In this document: piece by piece, positions 1 to 7,542 of the stretch
Numbering within the stretch: position 1 is the stretch's first letter
How the letters are laid out: each line of letters starts with the position of its first letter
From: Candidatus Methylomirabilia bacterium
GTDB lineage: Bacteria; Methylomirabilota; Methylomirabilia; Rokubacteriales; CSP1-6
Direction of reading: 5' to 3'
DNA length: 15,320 nucleotides
Assembly (NCBI GenBank): GCA_041497895.1
Contig: JBGQHJ010000119.1
Coordinates: forward strand, 1 to 15,320
The notes under the pieces: model-generated
The model's database searches: none
Told to the model about the DNA's origin: nothing
The model's input: only the letters and a program-made list of their open reading frames with translations
Position numbers and translations under genes: made by a program

Positions 1-63
1 GACCATCAACCCCTGCTCGCCGAACTCCCCTATGCCCTGCCGCGGCGCCGCTTCCAGGAGTGA
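1..63 (+). CDS. Possible 3' end of an ORF running in from the left edge (…DHQPLLAELPYALPRRRFQE*); product unknown, possibly a transposase or transposition helper
   Basis: Frame 1 is open from base 1 to TGA at 61-63. The stop lies inside the first copy of the repeat described next. Only 20 codons are visible. Confidence 0.3.
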   Translation, partial: DHQPLLAELPYALPRRRFQE

Positions 64-122
64 CCGGAAGGTATTGACCCTTGCCCCTCCTCCACGCGTT
101 CAGTGACCGGGAGGTACTGACA
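59..122. mobile_element. Probable right end of an IS/transposon (TG…CA type with internal repeated binding sites)
   Basis: Imperfect 20-bp direct repeat: AGTGACCGGAAGGTATTGAC (59-78) vs AGTGACCGGGAGGTACTGAC (102-121), 18/20 identical, 43-bp period. The second copy ends …TGACA (122), which reads TGTCAGTACC… on the bottom strand. Lower GC than the flanking genes. Confidence 0.4.
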
Positions 123-137
123 CCTGGCCCCTGACCC

Positions 138-1280
138 CTATCTGAGGCGCGCGCGGAGGAGGTCGACGCGGTGGACCGCGGTGGTGACCGCGGTCTCGCT
201 GAGCTTCCCCTCGGCGATGGCGCGGGTGATCGCGGCGACCACGCGCTCGGCCGCGCGATCGTCGACGCGGCCGGTGTTCTGGGAGATCAGCAGCACGTCG
301 ACGCTCGCGCCCAGCGCGAGCACCGCCGCGTCCTCCAGCCCGTAGTGCTGGGCGATGGCGCCCATCAGCAGGTCGTCCGACACCGCCACTCCGTCGTAGT
401 GGAGCCATCCCCGGAGCACCCGCCGCACCGTGAAGCGCGAGAGCGTCGCCGGGTCCCACGGATCGAGCCCGCGGTTGAACACGTGCGCGGTCATCACGCT
501 GTCCGCCAGCCCGGCCGCGATCAGCGCGCGGTAGGGGCGCAGCTCGACCGAGAGTAGGGCGGTGTCGCTCACGTCGGTGAAGCCCTGGTGCGAGTCGCTC
601 CGGCTCGACCCGTGGCCGGGAAAGTGCTTGAGCGCTGTGAGCACACCCGCCTCGTGCATGCCCTGGACGAAGGCCCTCGCGTGCGCGCTCACCCGCGCGG
701 GATCCGCCGAGTAGGTCCGTCCCAGCGCGACGACCGCCGGATTGCTCGGGTTGACCGCGACGTCCACCACCGGGGCCAGGTTCCAGTTGATCCCCGCCTC
801 CCGCAGCATGAGCCCCATGCGGCGCGCCTCCGCCTCCGTGAAGGCGGGATCGTCGCGCTCGCCCAGCTCGCGCGCGGGCAACGTGGGCGGGTAGCCCAGG
901 CGCGGTGACAGGCGCATGACCCGGCCGCCCTCGGCGTCCGCCGCGATGAAGAGGGGACGGCCGGCGCAGCGCGCGGCGAGGGCCTGGAGATCGCGCGTCA
1001 GGGTGGACACCTGCTCCGGGCTCACCATGTTGCGCGGCTGGCCCGAGGTGTAGCGCTCGAACAGCAGCAGGCCGCCCACCTTCACGTCGCAGACCAGGCG
1101 GCGAACCTCCTCGTTGCCCGCGACCTGGGTGCCGGTGAACCCCACGAGCAGGAGATCGGCGATGCGGAGGCGCGCGGCGTCGGGCGCGGGCCGGGGCGTG
1201 ACGAGGGCGCAGCCCGCGAGGATGGCCGCCACCAGCGTCAGGGCCAGTGTGTTCCGCCCGGGAGAGTGAGACACCCTCAC
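138..1280 (-). CDS. nagZ: Glycoside hydrolase family 3 beta-N-acetylhexosaminidase (NagZ-like), predicted lipoprotein
   Basis: Motifs DAEGGRVMRL, NLAPVVD, KHFPGHGxxxxDSH (NagZ His/Asp signature), VMTAH and SDDLLMGA (nucleophile Asp). Hydrophobic stretch ending in lipobox LAGC. Start uncertain: GTG at 1328 (overlaps the btpA stop), 1280 or 1274; the last two give a normal-length lipoprotein signal. Stop TAG at 138-140. Confidence 0.88.
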   Translation of the reverse strand: MRVSHSPGRNTLALTLVAAILAGCALVTPRPAPDAARLRIADLLLVGFTGTQVAGNEEVRRLVCDVKVGGLLLFERYTSGQPRNMVSPEQVSTLTRDLQALAARCAGRPLFIAADAEGGRVMRLSPRLGYPPTLPARELGERDDPAFTEAEARRMGLMLREAGINWNLAPVVDVAVNPSNPAVVALGRTYSADPARVSAHARAFVQGMHEAGVLTALKHFPGHGSSRSDSHQGFTDVSDTALLSVELRPYRALIAAGLADSVMTAHVFNRGLDPWDPATLSRFTVRRVLRGWLHYDGVAVSDDLLMGAIAQHYGLEDAAVLALGASVDVLLISQNTGRVDDRAAERVVAAITRAIAEGKLSETAVTTAVHRVDLLRARLR

Positions 1281-1312
1281 CCCGGCCCTCTCCCTCGCGG
1301 CGGGAGAGGGAG
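1274..1312. repeat. REP-like palindromic element CCCTCACCCCGGCCCTCTCCC-N7-GGGAGAGGGAG
   Basis: Perfect 9-bp inverted repeat CCCTCTCCC (1286-1294) / GGGAGAGGG (1302-1310) preceded by CCCTCACCCC. I recognise this pattern as a dispersed short palindromic repeat in many GC-rich bacteria. Only one copy is in this window. Confidence 0.7.
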
Positions 1313-1324
1313 GAGGCCGGAGAA

Positions 1325-2140
1325 TCACCCGCGGGCGCCCCGGGCCGCGGCGACGAGGCGGCGGACGCGCTCGACGTCGACCGGATTGGCGAGGCGGCCG
1401 TCGCGCTTGAGCGAGGTGCCGACGATGACGCCGTCGGCGACGGACAGCAGCTCGGCCACCGTCTCGGGCGAAGCGCCGCTGCCGACGAGGAGGGGGGCCT
1501 CGGGCACCGCGCCCCGCACCCGCTTGAGATCGCTCATCGGCGTGGGCTCGCCGGTCGCCACGCCCGAGACCACGAGCGCGTCGGCCAGCCCGCGCGCGTA
1601 GCAGTCGCGCGCCTCCTGCTCGATCGGCACCGGGGCCAGCGGCATCCCGTGCTTGGCCTGCACGTCGGCGAGGATCGAGATCTCGACCCCGAGCAGCCGC
1701 CGGTAGCGCAGCGAGTCGTGCGCCTCGGACTGGATGATGCCCTGGTCGGCGGCGACCGCACCCACGTGCACGTTGACGCGCACGAATCGCGCCCCGGTGG
1801 CGGCCGCGACCGCCAGCGCCGACCGCACGTCGTTCTTCAGCACGTTGACCCCGATGGGCAGCGACACGCGGCGACGGATCTCGGCGATGGCCACCGCCAT
1901 CCCGCCCACCGTGGCCGCATCCACGCGGCCCGCGGTGAAGGGGACGTCGCCGTGGTTCTCCACCACGAGGGCGTCGACGCCGCCCTCCGCGAGGGCCTGC
2001 GCGTCGTCGAGGGCGGCCCGCACCACCGCGCCCATGTCGCCGTCCCAGCGCGGGCTCCCGGGCAGCGCACGCAGATGCACCATGCCGATGATGGCGCGGG
2101 TGACGTGGGCGGGCAGGCCGATGATCGCGGCGAGGCTCAT
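1325..2140 (-). CDS. btpA: BtpA/SgcQ family TIM-barrel protein
   Basis: Motifs IIGMVHLRALPGSP, GVDALVVENHGDVPF, PIGVNVLKND, ILADVQAKH, ADALVVSGVATG, PLLVGSG and ADGVIVGTSLK. ATG at 2140 chosen because a -10 box lies 8 nt upstream; the track's 2167 start would overlap the divergent gene's ATG. Confidence 0.9.
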   Translation of the reverse strand: MSLAAIIGLPAHVTRAIIGMVHLRALPGSPRWDGDMGAVVRAALDDAQALAEGGVDALVVENHGDVPFTAGRVDAATVGGMAVAIAEIRRRVSLPIGVNVLKNDVRSALAVAAATGARFVRVNVHVGAVAADQGIIQSEAHDSLRYRRLLGVEISILADVQAKHGMPLAPVPIEQEARDCYARGLADALVVSGVATGEPTPMSDLKRVRGAVPEAPLLVGSGASPETVAELLSVADGVIVGTSLKRDGRLANPVDVERVRRLVAAARGARG

Positions 2141-2148
2141 CGGTCGAG

Positions 2149-2158
2149 ATGATATCAT
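2149..2158. promoter_or_regulatory. Palindromic bidirectional extended -10 element (ATGATATCAT)
   Basis: Reads TGA-TATCAT on both strands. It is 7 nt from the + strand ATG (2166) and 8 nt from the - strand ATG (2140). Confidence 0.6.
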
Positions 2159-2165
2159 TTCAAGC

Positions 2166-2621
2166 ATGGCGAAGACGCCCGGCGGCCCTCCCGCGCGTAT
2201 CTTCTACGGGTACTGGGTCGGCCTGGCGCTCTCGGTGATCGTGTTCCTCTCCGCGGGCATCCGCTTCACGACCGGCCCGTTCCTCAAGCCGGTGGCGGCG
2301 GAGCTCGGCATCGACCGCGGCACCTTCTCCCTCGTGATCTCGCTCTCGCTCCTCCTCTACGGCGCGTTCATGCCCTTGGTCGGCCGCCTCGTGGACCGGC
2401 TCGGCTCGGGCGTGGTCTGCTCGGCGGGCGCGGTGGTGATGGCAGCCTCGCTCGTGCTCACCGGCCGCATGACGTCGCCGTGGGAGTTCTACCTGTACTA
2501 TGCCGGCGCGCTGCTCCTGATCGCGGCCGGGCTCAGCATCACGATCAACGAGGCCGCGCGGCCGGCGTGCCGCGCACTGACGCTCCCGGGGCGACCGCAC
2601 CCGGTGGCCGGAGGCCGCTGA
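2166..2621 (+). pseudogene. MFS transporter remnant (151 aa) with an apparent large in-frame internal deletion; pseudogene or mini-protein
   Basis: MAKTPGGPPARIFYGYWV… has MFS TM1, FLKPVAAELGIDRG, TM2, motif A (GRLVDRLGSG) and TM3. WEFYLYY then joins directly to a terminal-looking helix (AGALLLIAAGLSITINE) and a hydrophilic tail. Far shorter than a 12-TM MFS. Hidden in the 3' half of track ORF 1734..2621. Confidence 0.7.
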
Positions 2622-3406
2622 TGGGCTACCGCACGATCCTGGTGGACCGGACCGACCAAGTGGCCACGATCACGCTCAACCGGCCGGAGGCGCGCAACGC
2701 GCTCGACCTGGTCATGCGCCGTGAGCTCCTGACCGCGCTCGACGACCTGGAGGCCGACGGGGGGGTCCGGGTCGTCGTCCTGACCGGCGCGGGCGGGCAC
2801 TTCTCGGCGGGCGGGGACGTCAAGACCATGGCGGCCAAGCGTCACACCGCGGCCGAGGGGCGCGCGCGGGTGGAGTCGCTCAACCGCTTCGTGATCCGGC
2901 TCTTCGAGTTCCCGAAGCCCACCATCGCGATGGTGGACGGCTTCGCGGTGGGCGCGGGCTGCAACATCGCCCTCGGCTGTGACGTCCTGATCGCCTCCGA
3001 CCGCGCCCGCTTCGGCGAGGTCTTCGCCAAGATCGGCCTCGTGCCCGACGGCGGGGGCACCTGGCTCCTGCCGCGCCTGGTGGGGCTGGCCCGCGCCAAG
3101 GAGCTGGTCTTCTCGGCCGACATCATCGACGCGGCGGAGGCGCTGCGCATCGGCCTCGTGAACCGGGTCGTGCCCGCGGCCGAGCTCGAGCGGACCACGC
3201 GGGCGCTCGCCGCGCGCATCGCGGCCGGCCCGCCCGGCGCGATCGGCCTGGCCAAGGCGCTGCTCAACCGCTCCGCGACGGTGGACCTGGCGACGTCCCT
3301 CGGCTTGGAGGCCTACGCCCAGGCGCAGAGCATCACGACCGAGGACCACGCCGAGGGGGTCCGCGCCTTCCTCGAGAAGCGGGCTCCGAAGTTTACCGGC
3401 GCATGA
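2621..3406 (+). CDS. Enoyl-CoA hydratase/isomerase (crotonase) family protein, PaaG-like
   Basis: Motifs ITLNRPEARNAL, FSAGGD, KPTIAMVDGFAVGAG, IGLVPDGGGTWLLPRLVG and EGVRAFLEKRAPKF. ATG overlaps the upstream TGA (TGATG, 2619-2623). Confidence 0.92.
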   Translation: MGYRTILVDRTDQVATITLNRPEARNALDLVMRRELLTALDDLEADGGVRVVVLTGAGGHFSAGGDVKTMAAKRHTAAEGRARVESLNRFVIRLFEFPKPTIAMVDGFAVGAGCNIALGCDVLIASDRARFGEVFAKIGLVPDGGGTWLLPRLVGLARAKELVFSADIIDAAEALRIGLVNRVVPAAELERTTRALAARIAAGPPGAIGLAKALLNRSATVDLATSLGLEAYAQAQSITTEDHAEGVRAFLEKRAPKFTGA

Positions 3407-4461
3407 TCCGCGACTGGCTCGAGCGCTTCGGGTGGAGCCGGGCTCCCGAGCGGCGGGCCATGGTGCTGGCCGGGGGCGGGGTCATCGGCGGGATGTACGA
3501 GGTCGGCGCGCTCAAGGCCCTCGACGAGCTCCCGGGCTTCCGGGCCAACGACTTCGACCTCTACGTGGGCTCGAGCGCCGGCTCGGTGGTGGGCGCCCTC
3601 ATGGCCAACGGGATCCGCCCCGGCGAGCTCTACGCGATCCTCGACGAGGAGCGTGACGACCCGCTCAACTTCCAGCGCGGCTCGGTCTACCACCGGGGCT
3701 CGTTCTCGGGGGCGGCGCGCAACCTGGCCCAGTTCGTGTGGGCCATCGGCAAGCGGGCGGTGACCGACTTCCGGCTCGAGTGGCCGGACCTGCTCGCGCG
3801 GAGCGGCGGCGACATGCCGCCCGGCTTCTTCTCGCTGGCGCCGCTCGAGGCCTACGTGCGCGAGGCCCTGCTGGCGCGCGGCCTGTCGAACGACTTCGTG
3901 GGCACCCCGCGGCCGCTGCTGATCGCGGCCATCGCGCTCGACCAGGCCGAGCGGGTGGTCTTCGGCAGCGGCGACCTGATGGACGTGCCGATCTCGGAGG
4001 CGATCGCCGCGTCCTCGGCGATTCCCGGCTTCTTCGAGCCCTACCGCATCCGCGGGCGCGACTACGTCGACGGCGACGTGGGCTACACCGGTCACGCCGA
4101 CCTCGCGGTGGACGCGGGGGCCAAGGTGCTGGTGGCCCTGAACCCGGCGGTGCCGCAGTGCCTGAACGGGGACAACGCGCCCGAGATCCGCCGGGGCGGC
4201 CTCTACGCGATCATGGAGCAGACCACCCACATCGCGAGCCTCAACCTCTTCAACGTGGGGCTGCGCGAGATCAAGCTGCTGCATCCCGAGGTGCAGATCC
4301 TGGTGGTCCAGCCCGAGCCCCGGCCGTCGCCGCTGGTCGGCCCGTCGATGGGCTTCGAGGCGAGCCGCGCCGCCCTGCGCTACGGCTACCGCACGGTCAA
4401 GGAGTGGCTCGCCGGTCCGGGAGCCGAGGTGGCCGCGCGCTTCACGCTGTCGCGATCCTGA
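3403..4461 (+). CDS. Patatin-like phospholipase/esterase
   Basis: LAGGGVIG (oxyanion loop), GSSAG (catalytic Ser), ASSAIPGFF and YVDGD (catalytic Asp). ATGA overlap with the crotonase stop. Confidence 0.9.
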   Translation: MIRDWLERFGWSRAPERRAMVLAGGGVIGGMYEVGALKALDELPGFRANDFDLYVGSSAGSVVGALMANGIRPGELYAILDEERDDPLNFQRGSVYHRGSFSGAARNLAQFVWAIGKRAVTDFRLEWPDLLARSGGDMPPGFFSLAPLEAYVREALLARGLSNDFVGTPRPLLIAAIALDQAERVVFGSGDLMDVPISEAIAASSAIPGFFEPYRIRGRDYVDGDVGYTGHADLAVDAGAKVLVALNPAVPQCLNGDNAPEIRRGGLYAIMEQTTHIASLNLFNVGLREIKLLHPEVQILVVQPEPRPSPLVGPSMGFEASRAALRYGYRTVKEWLAGPGAEVAARFTLSRS

Positions 4462-4470
4462 GGGCCGCGC

Positions 4471-5334
4471 TCAGAACGGCAGCTCCGGCTCGGCCCGGCC
4501 CGGGGACATGAGCGCGACGGGCATCAGCACCGTCGAGCGCGCCCAGCCCATGCGGCCGCGCCAGTCCACCACGATGAGGCCGCCCTGGCCGCGCCCCTCC
4601 TCCACGAGCACGCCGAGCGCCACCTCGGCGGCGTGGGAGGGATCGCCCACCGACTTCAGGATCTCGAGCGTGCGGCGCGCGAGCGCGACCCGGATGATGG
4701 CCTCGCCGTCGCCGGTGCAGGAGACGCCGCCGAGCGTGCTCTCCGCGTACGTGCCGCAGCCGATGAGTGCCGAGTCGCCCACGCGCCCGGGCAGCTTGCC
4801 GGCGGTGCCGCCGGTGGAGGTGGCCGCCGCGATGGTGCCGGCGCGGTCGAGGGCGACCGCGCCGACCGTTCCGGCCTGCACCATCGCGAGGCGCCGCCGC
4901 TGATGCTCGGTGACCAGCAGGGCGGGGTCGCACAGGGGCACGCCGAGCGCGCGGGCGCGCGCCGCCGCGCCGGGTCCCACGAAGAGGCTGTGGTGGCCGT
5001 CCTCGAGGATGCGGCGGGCCAGGGTGATCGGGTTGGCCACCCCGCCGACCGAGGCCACCGCGCCGTTCCGCAGCCGGTCGCCCTCCATGATCGAGGCGTC
5101 GGTCTCGACGGTGCCCTCGCTGGTGAGCACCGACCCGCGCCCGGCGTTGAACTTCGGGTGATCCTCGAGGCTTCGGACCGCGGCCTCGACCGCGTCGAGG
5201 GCGCTCCCGCCCGCGGCGAGCGCGCGCCAGCCCGCGCCCGCCGCCTCGCGCATGCCCGCGCGTAGCTCGTCGCGGCCTCCGGGATCGGCGCCCGCGCCGC
5301 CGTGCACGATGAGGGCGGGGACGCGGCTGGTCAT
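4471..5334 (-). CDS. iaaA: Isoaspartyl peptidase / L-asparaginase type 2 (Ntn-hydrolase)
   Basis: Motifs VHGGAG, SALDAVEAAVRSLED, FNAGRGSVL, DASIMEG, autocleavage site G/TVGAVALD, TSTGG, GRVGDS and CTGDGE. ATG at 5334 lies 7 nt after a -10 box. Confidence 0.92.
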   Translation of the reverse strand: MTSRVPALIVHGGAGADPGGRDELRAGMREAAGAGWRALAAGGSALDAVEAAVRSLEDHPKFNAGRGSVLTSEGTVETDASIMEGDRLRNGAVASVGGVANPITLARRILEDGHHSLFVGPGAAARARALGVPLCDPALLVTEHQRRRLAMVQAGTVGAVALDRAGTIAAATSTGGTAGKLPGRVGDSALIGCGTYAESTLGGVSCTGDGEAIIRVALARRTLEILKSVGDPSHAAEVALGVLVEEGRGQGGLIVVDWRGRMGWARSTVLMPVALMSPGRAEPELPF

Positions 5335-5341
5335 GGCCCAG

Positions 5342-5350
5342 AGCTTAGCA
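5342..5350 (-). promoter_or_regulatory. Extended -10 (TGC-TAAGCT) for a putative leaderless iaaA mRNA
   Basis: Minus strand reads TGC TAAGCT CTGGGCC ATG; no SD sequence. Confidence 0.55.
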
Positions 5351-5380
5351 TCGATCCTTGGCATCGATCCGGCGCGCGCC

Positions 5381-5410
5381 TTGTCACGCGCGTCGCCTCG
5401 TTGCTAAGAT
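5381..5410 (+). promoter_or_regulatory. Sigma70-type promoter for udgB
   Basis: TTGTCA (5381-5386), 18-nt spacer, TAAGAT (5405-5410) preceded by TGC. Confidence 0.6.
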
Positions 5411-5435
5411 CCGGTCCCACCCGAGCCGTGCTCCC

Positions 5436-6140
5436 GTGAAGACCGATTCCCCGCGTCCGACGCTCGCCAGGCTGGCGGAGCGGATCGTCCACTGCCGGCT
5501 CTGTCCCCGGCTGGTGGCCCACCGCGAGGCGGTGGCCGCCAACCCCCCGCGACGCTATCGCGGCCAGGAGTACTGGGCGAGGCCGCTGCCCGGGTTCGGC
5601 GACCCGCGGGCCCGCGTGCTGCTGGTGGGGCTCGCCCCGGCGGCCCACGGTGGCAATCGCACCGGGCGCATGTTCACCGGCGACCGGAGCGGCGACTGGC
5701 TCTTCCGGGCGCTCCACGAGGCGGGCTTCGCCAATCAGCCCACGTCGACGCACGCGGGTGACGGGCTGCGCCTCGAGGGCGCCTACATCACGGCCACCGC
5801 CCGGTGCGCGCCGCCGGCCAACAAGCCGACCCCGGAGGAGATGGTGCGCTGCCGGCCGTTCCTGCTCGAGGAGCTCGGGCTCCTCTCGCGCGTGCGGGTG
5901 GTGGTCGCGCTCGGCAAGATCGGGTGGGACGCCTACCTCCGCACGCGCCGGGAGCTCGGGCTCGGGCTGCCGCGGCCGCTGCCCCGGTTCGGCCACGGCG
6001 CCGAGGCGCTGATGCCGGGGGACGGCATCACCCTGCTCGGCACCTTTCACCCGAGCCAGCAGAACACCTTCACCGGCCGCCTCACGCGCCCCATGCTGCG
6101 CGCGGTGCTGAGGCGCGCCCGGCGGCTGGCCGAGCGGTAG
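5436..6140 (+). CDS. udgB: Uracil-DNA glycosylase family 5 (UdgB-type, 4Fe-4S)
   Basis: Motifs [38 protein letters not shown]…C and [13 protein letters not shown] at 5436 is the first in-frame start downstream of the promoter. Confidence 0.92.
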   Translation: MKTDSPRPTLARLAERIVHCRLCPRLVAHREAVAANPPRRYRGQEYWARPLPGFGDPRARVLLVGLAPAAHGGNRTGRMFTGDRSGDWLFRALHEAGFANQPTSTHAGDGLRLEGAYITATARCAPPANKPTPEEMVRCRPFLLEELGLLSRVRVVVALGKIGWDAYLRTRRELGLGLPRPLPRFGHGAEALMPGDGITLLGTFHPSQQNTFTGRLTRPMLRAVLRRARRLAER

Positions 6141-6162
6141 CGCGGGGGCGAAGCGCGCGGGG

Positions 6163-6171
6163 TGTTACCAT
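6163..6171 (+). promoter_or_regulatory. Extended -10 (TGT-TACCAT) for the putative leaderless M16 peptidase operon
   Basis: TGT TACCAT GGCTTC ATG (ATG at 6178); no SD sequence. Confidence 0.55.
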
Positions 6172-6177
6172 GGCTTC

Positions 6178-7542
6178 ATGCTGCGATCACGCGCGCTCTG
6201 CCTCTGGACGCTCATCCTCTGCTTCTGGCTCGTCGGCGGCGCGGCCGCCCAGACCACGCCGCCCGGCCCCGCCCGCCTCGCGGTCACCGAGGCCACCCTC
6301 GACAACGGCCTCCGGGTGCTGATCCAGGAAGATCCGCGCAACCCCATCGTCGCGGTGCAGGTCTTCTACCGGGTCGGCTCGCGCAACGAGCTGCCGGGAG
6401 CCACCGGGCTGGCTCACTTCCTCGAGCACATGATGTTCAAGGGCACGCCCACGCGCGGGCGAGGGGAGATCTCCCGGCTCATCGAGCTCAACGGCGGGCG
6501 AGACAACGCGTTCACCACGAAGGACATGACCGGCTACTACGTGAGCATCGCGGCGGACCGGCTCGACCTCGTGCTTGGCATCGAGGCGGATCGGATGCGC
6601 AACCTCCTGCTCGATCCGGCCGAGATCGACTCGGAGCGCAAGGTGGTCATGGAAGAGCGCCGGATGCGCATCGACGACGATCCGGAGGGCGTGGTCTACG
6701 AGGCGATGAGCTCGATGGCCTACCTGGCGCATCCGTACCGGTGGCCGATCATCGGGTGGATGTCGGACATCGCTCGCATCAATCCGGCCGAGCTGCGCGC
6801 CTTCTACGACACGTACTACCGGCCGAACAACGCGATCCTGGTGATCGCGGGTGACGTCAAGGCCGCCGACGCCCTCGCCCTCGTGCGACGGCACTTCGGG
6901 CCGATCCCCCGCGGAGCGACTCCCGCGCCGGTGACCGCGCTGGAACCGCCCCAGACCGACGAGCGGCGGGTGATCGTCCGCAAGGCGGACGCGCAGCTGC
7001 CGGTGGTCAACATCGCGTGGCACGTGCCCAACCACCGCTCCGCCGACGCGGCCGCGCTCGAGCTGCTCTCGACCGTGCTCTCGGAGGGGCGCTCATCCCG
7101 GCTCTACCGCAAGCTGGTCTACGAGAAGCGCATGGTGCTGGCCGCGGGCGGCGACTACTCGTACTCCTCGTTCGACCCGACGCTCTTCTGGTTCTACGCG
7201 ACGCTGCTGCCGGGCCAGACCGTGGAGGCGGTGGAGCAGGCGCTGCTGGCCGAGGTCGAGCTGCTCAAGACGGAGCCGGTGCCCGCCGAGGAGCTCGAGC
7301 GGGCCCGGAACCAGATCGAGGCCTCGTTCGTCTGGCAGCAGGACTCGGTGTTCTCGCGCGCCTCGGTCCTCGGCCGGTACGAGATGATGGGCTCCTGGCG
7401 CCTGCTGGACGACTTCCTGCCAAAGCTCCGCGCGGTCACCCCCGCCGACGTGCAGCGGGTGGCGCGGCAGTACTTCGCGGTCGACCGGAAGAACGTCTCG
7501 ATCCTGCACCCGGCCGCGCCGGCCGCCGCGGCCGCCCGATGA
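6178..7542 (+). CDS. Exported M16B zinc metallopeptidase, catalytic subunit
   Basis: N-terminal signal peptide ending …GAAA-Q. Motifs LDNGLRV, GLAHFLEHMMFKGT (HxxEH), NAFT, ERKVVMEERR, HPYRWPIIG and YYRPNNA. Confidence 0.93.
   Translation: MLRSRALCLWTLILCFWLVGGAAAQTTPPGPARLAVTEATLDNGLRVLIQEDPRNPIVAVQVFYRVGSRNELPGATGLAHFLEHMMFKGTPTRGRGEISRLIELNGGRDNAFTTKDMTGYYVSIAADRLDLVLGIEADRMRNLLLDPAEIDSERKVVMEERRMRIDDDPEGVVYEAMSSMAYLAHPYRWPIIGWMSDIARINPAELRAFYDTYYRPNNAILVIAGDVKAADALALVRRHFGPIPRGATPAPVTALEPPQTDERRVIVRKADAQLPVVNIAWHVPNHRSADAAALELLSTVLSEGRSSRLYRKLVYEKRMVLAAGGDYSYSSFDPTLFWFYATLLPGQTVEAVEQALLAEVELLKTEPVPAEELERARNQIEASFVWQQDSVFSRASVLGRYEMMGSWRLLDDFLPKLRAVTPADVQRVARQYFAVDRKNVSILHPAAPAAAAAR

Noticed and set aside
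59..132. Repeat-spacer-repeat pattern as a mini CRISPR array
   Set aside because: Only two short imperfect copies with about 23 nt between them, no palindromic repeat structure and no cas genes in view. A transposon end fits better.
7017..7538. Long N-terminal extension of the second M16 subunit (615-aa track ORF), and similar extensions of track ORFs starting at 1734, 2480 and 9335
   Set aside because: The extensions overlap upstream genes in other frames. The real starts are the coupled or promoter-adjacent ATGs at 7539, 2166, 2621 and 10094.
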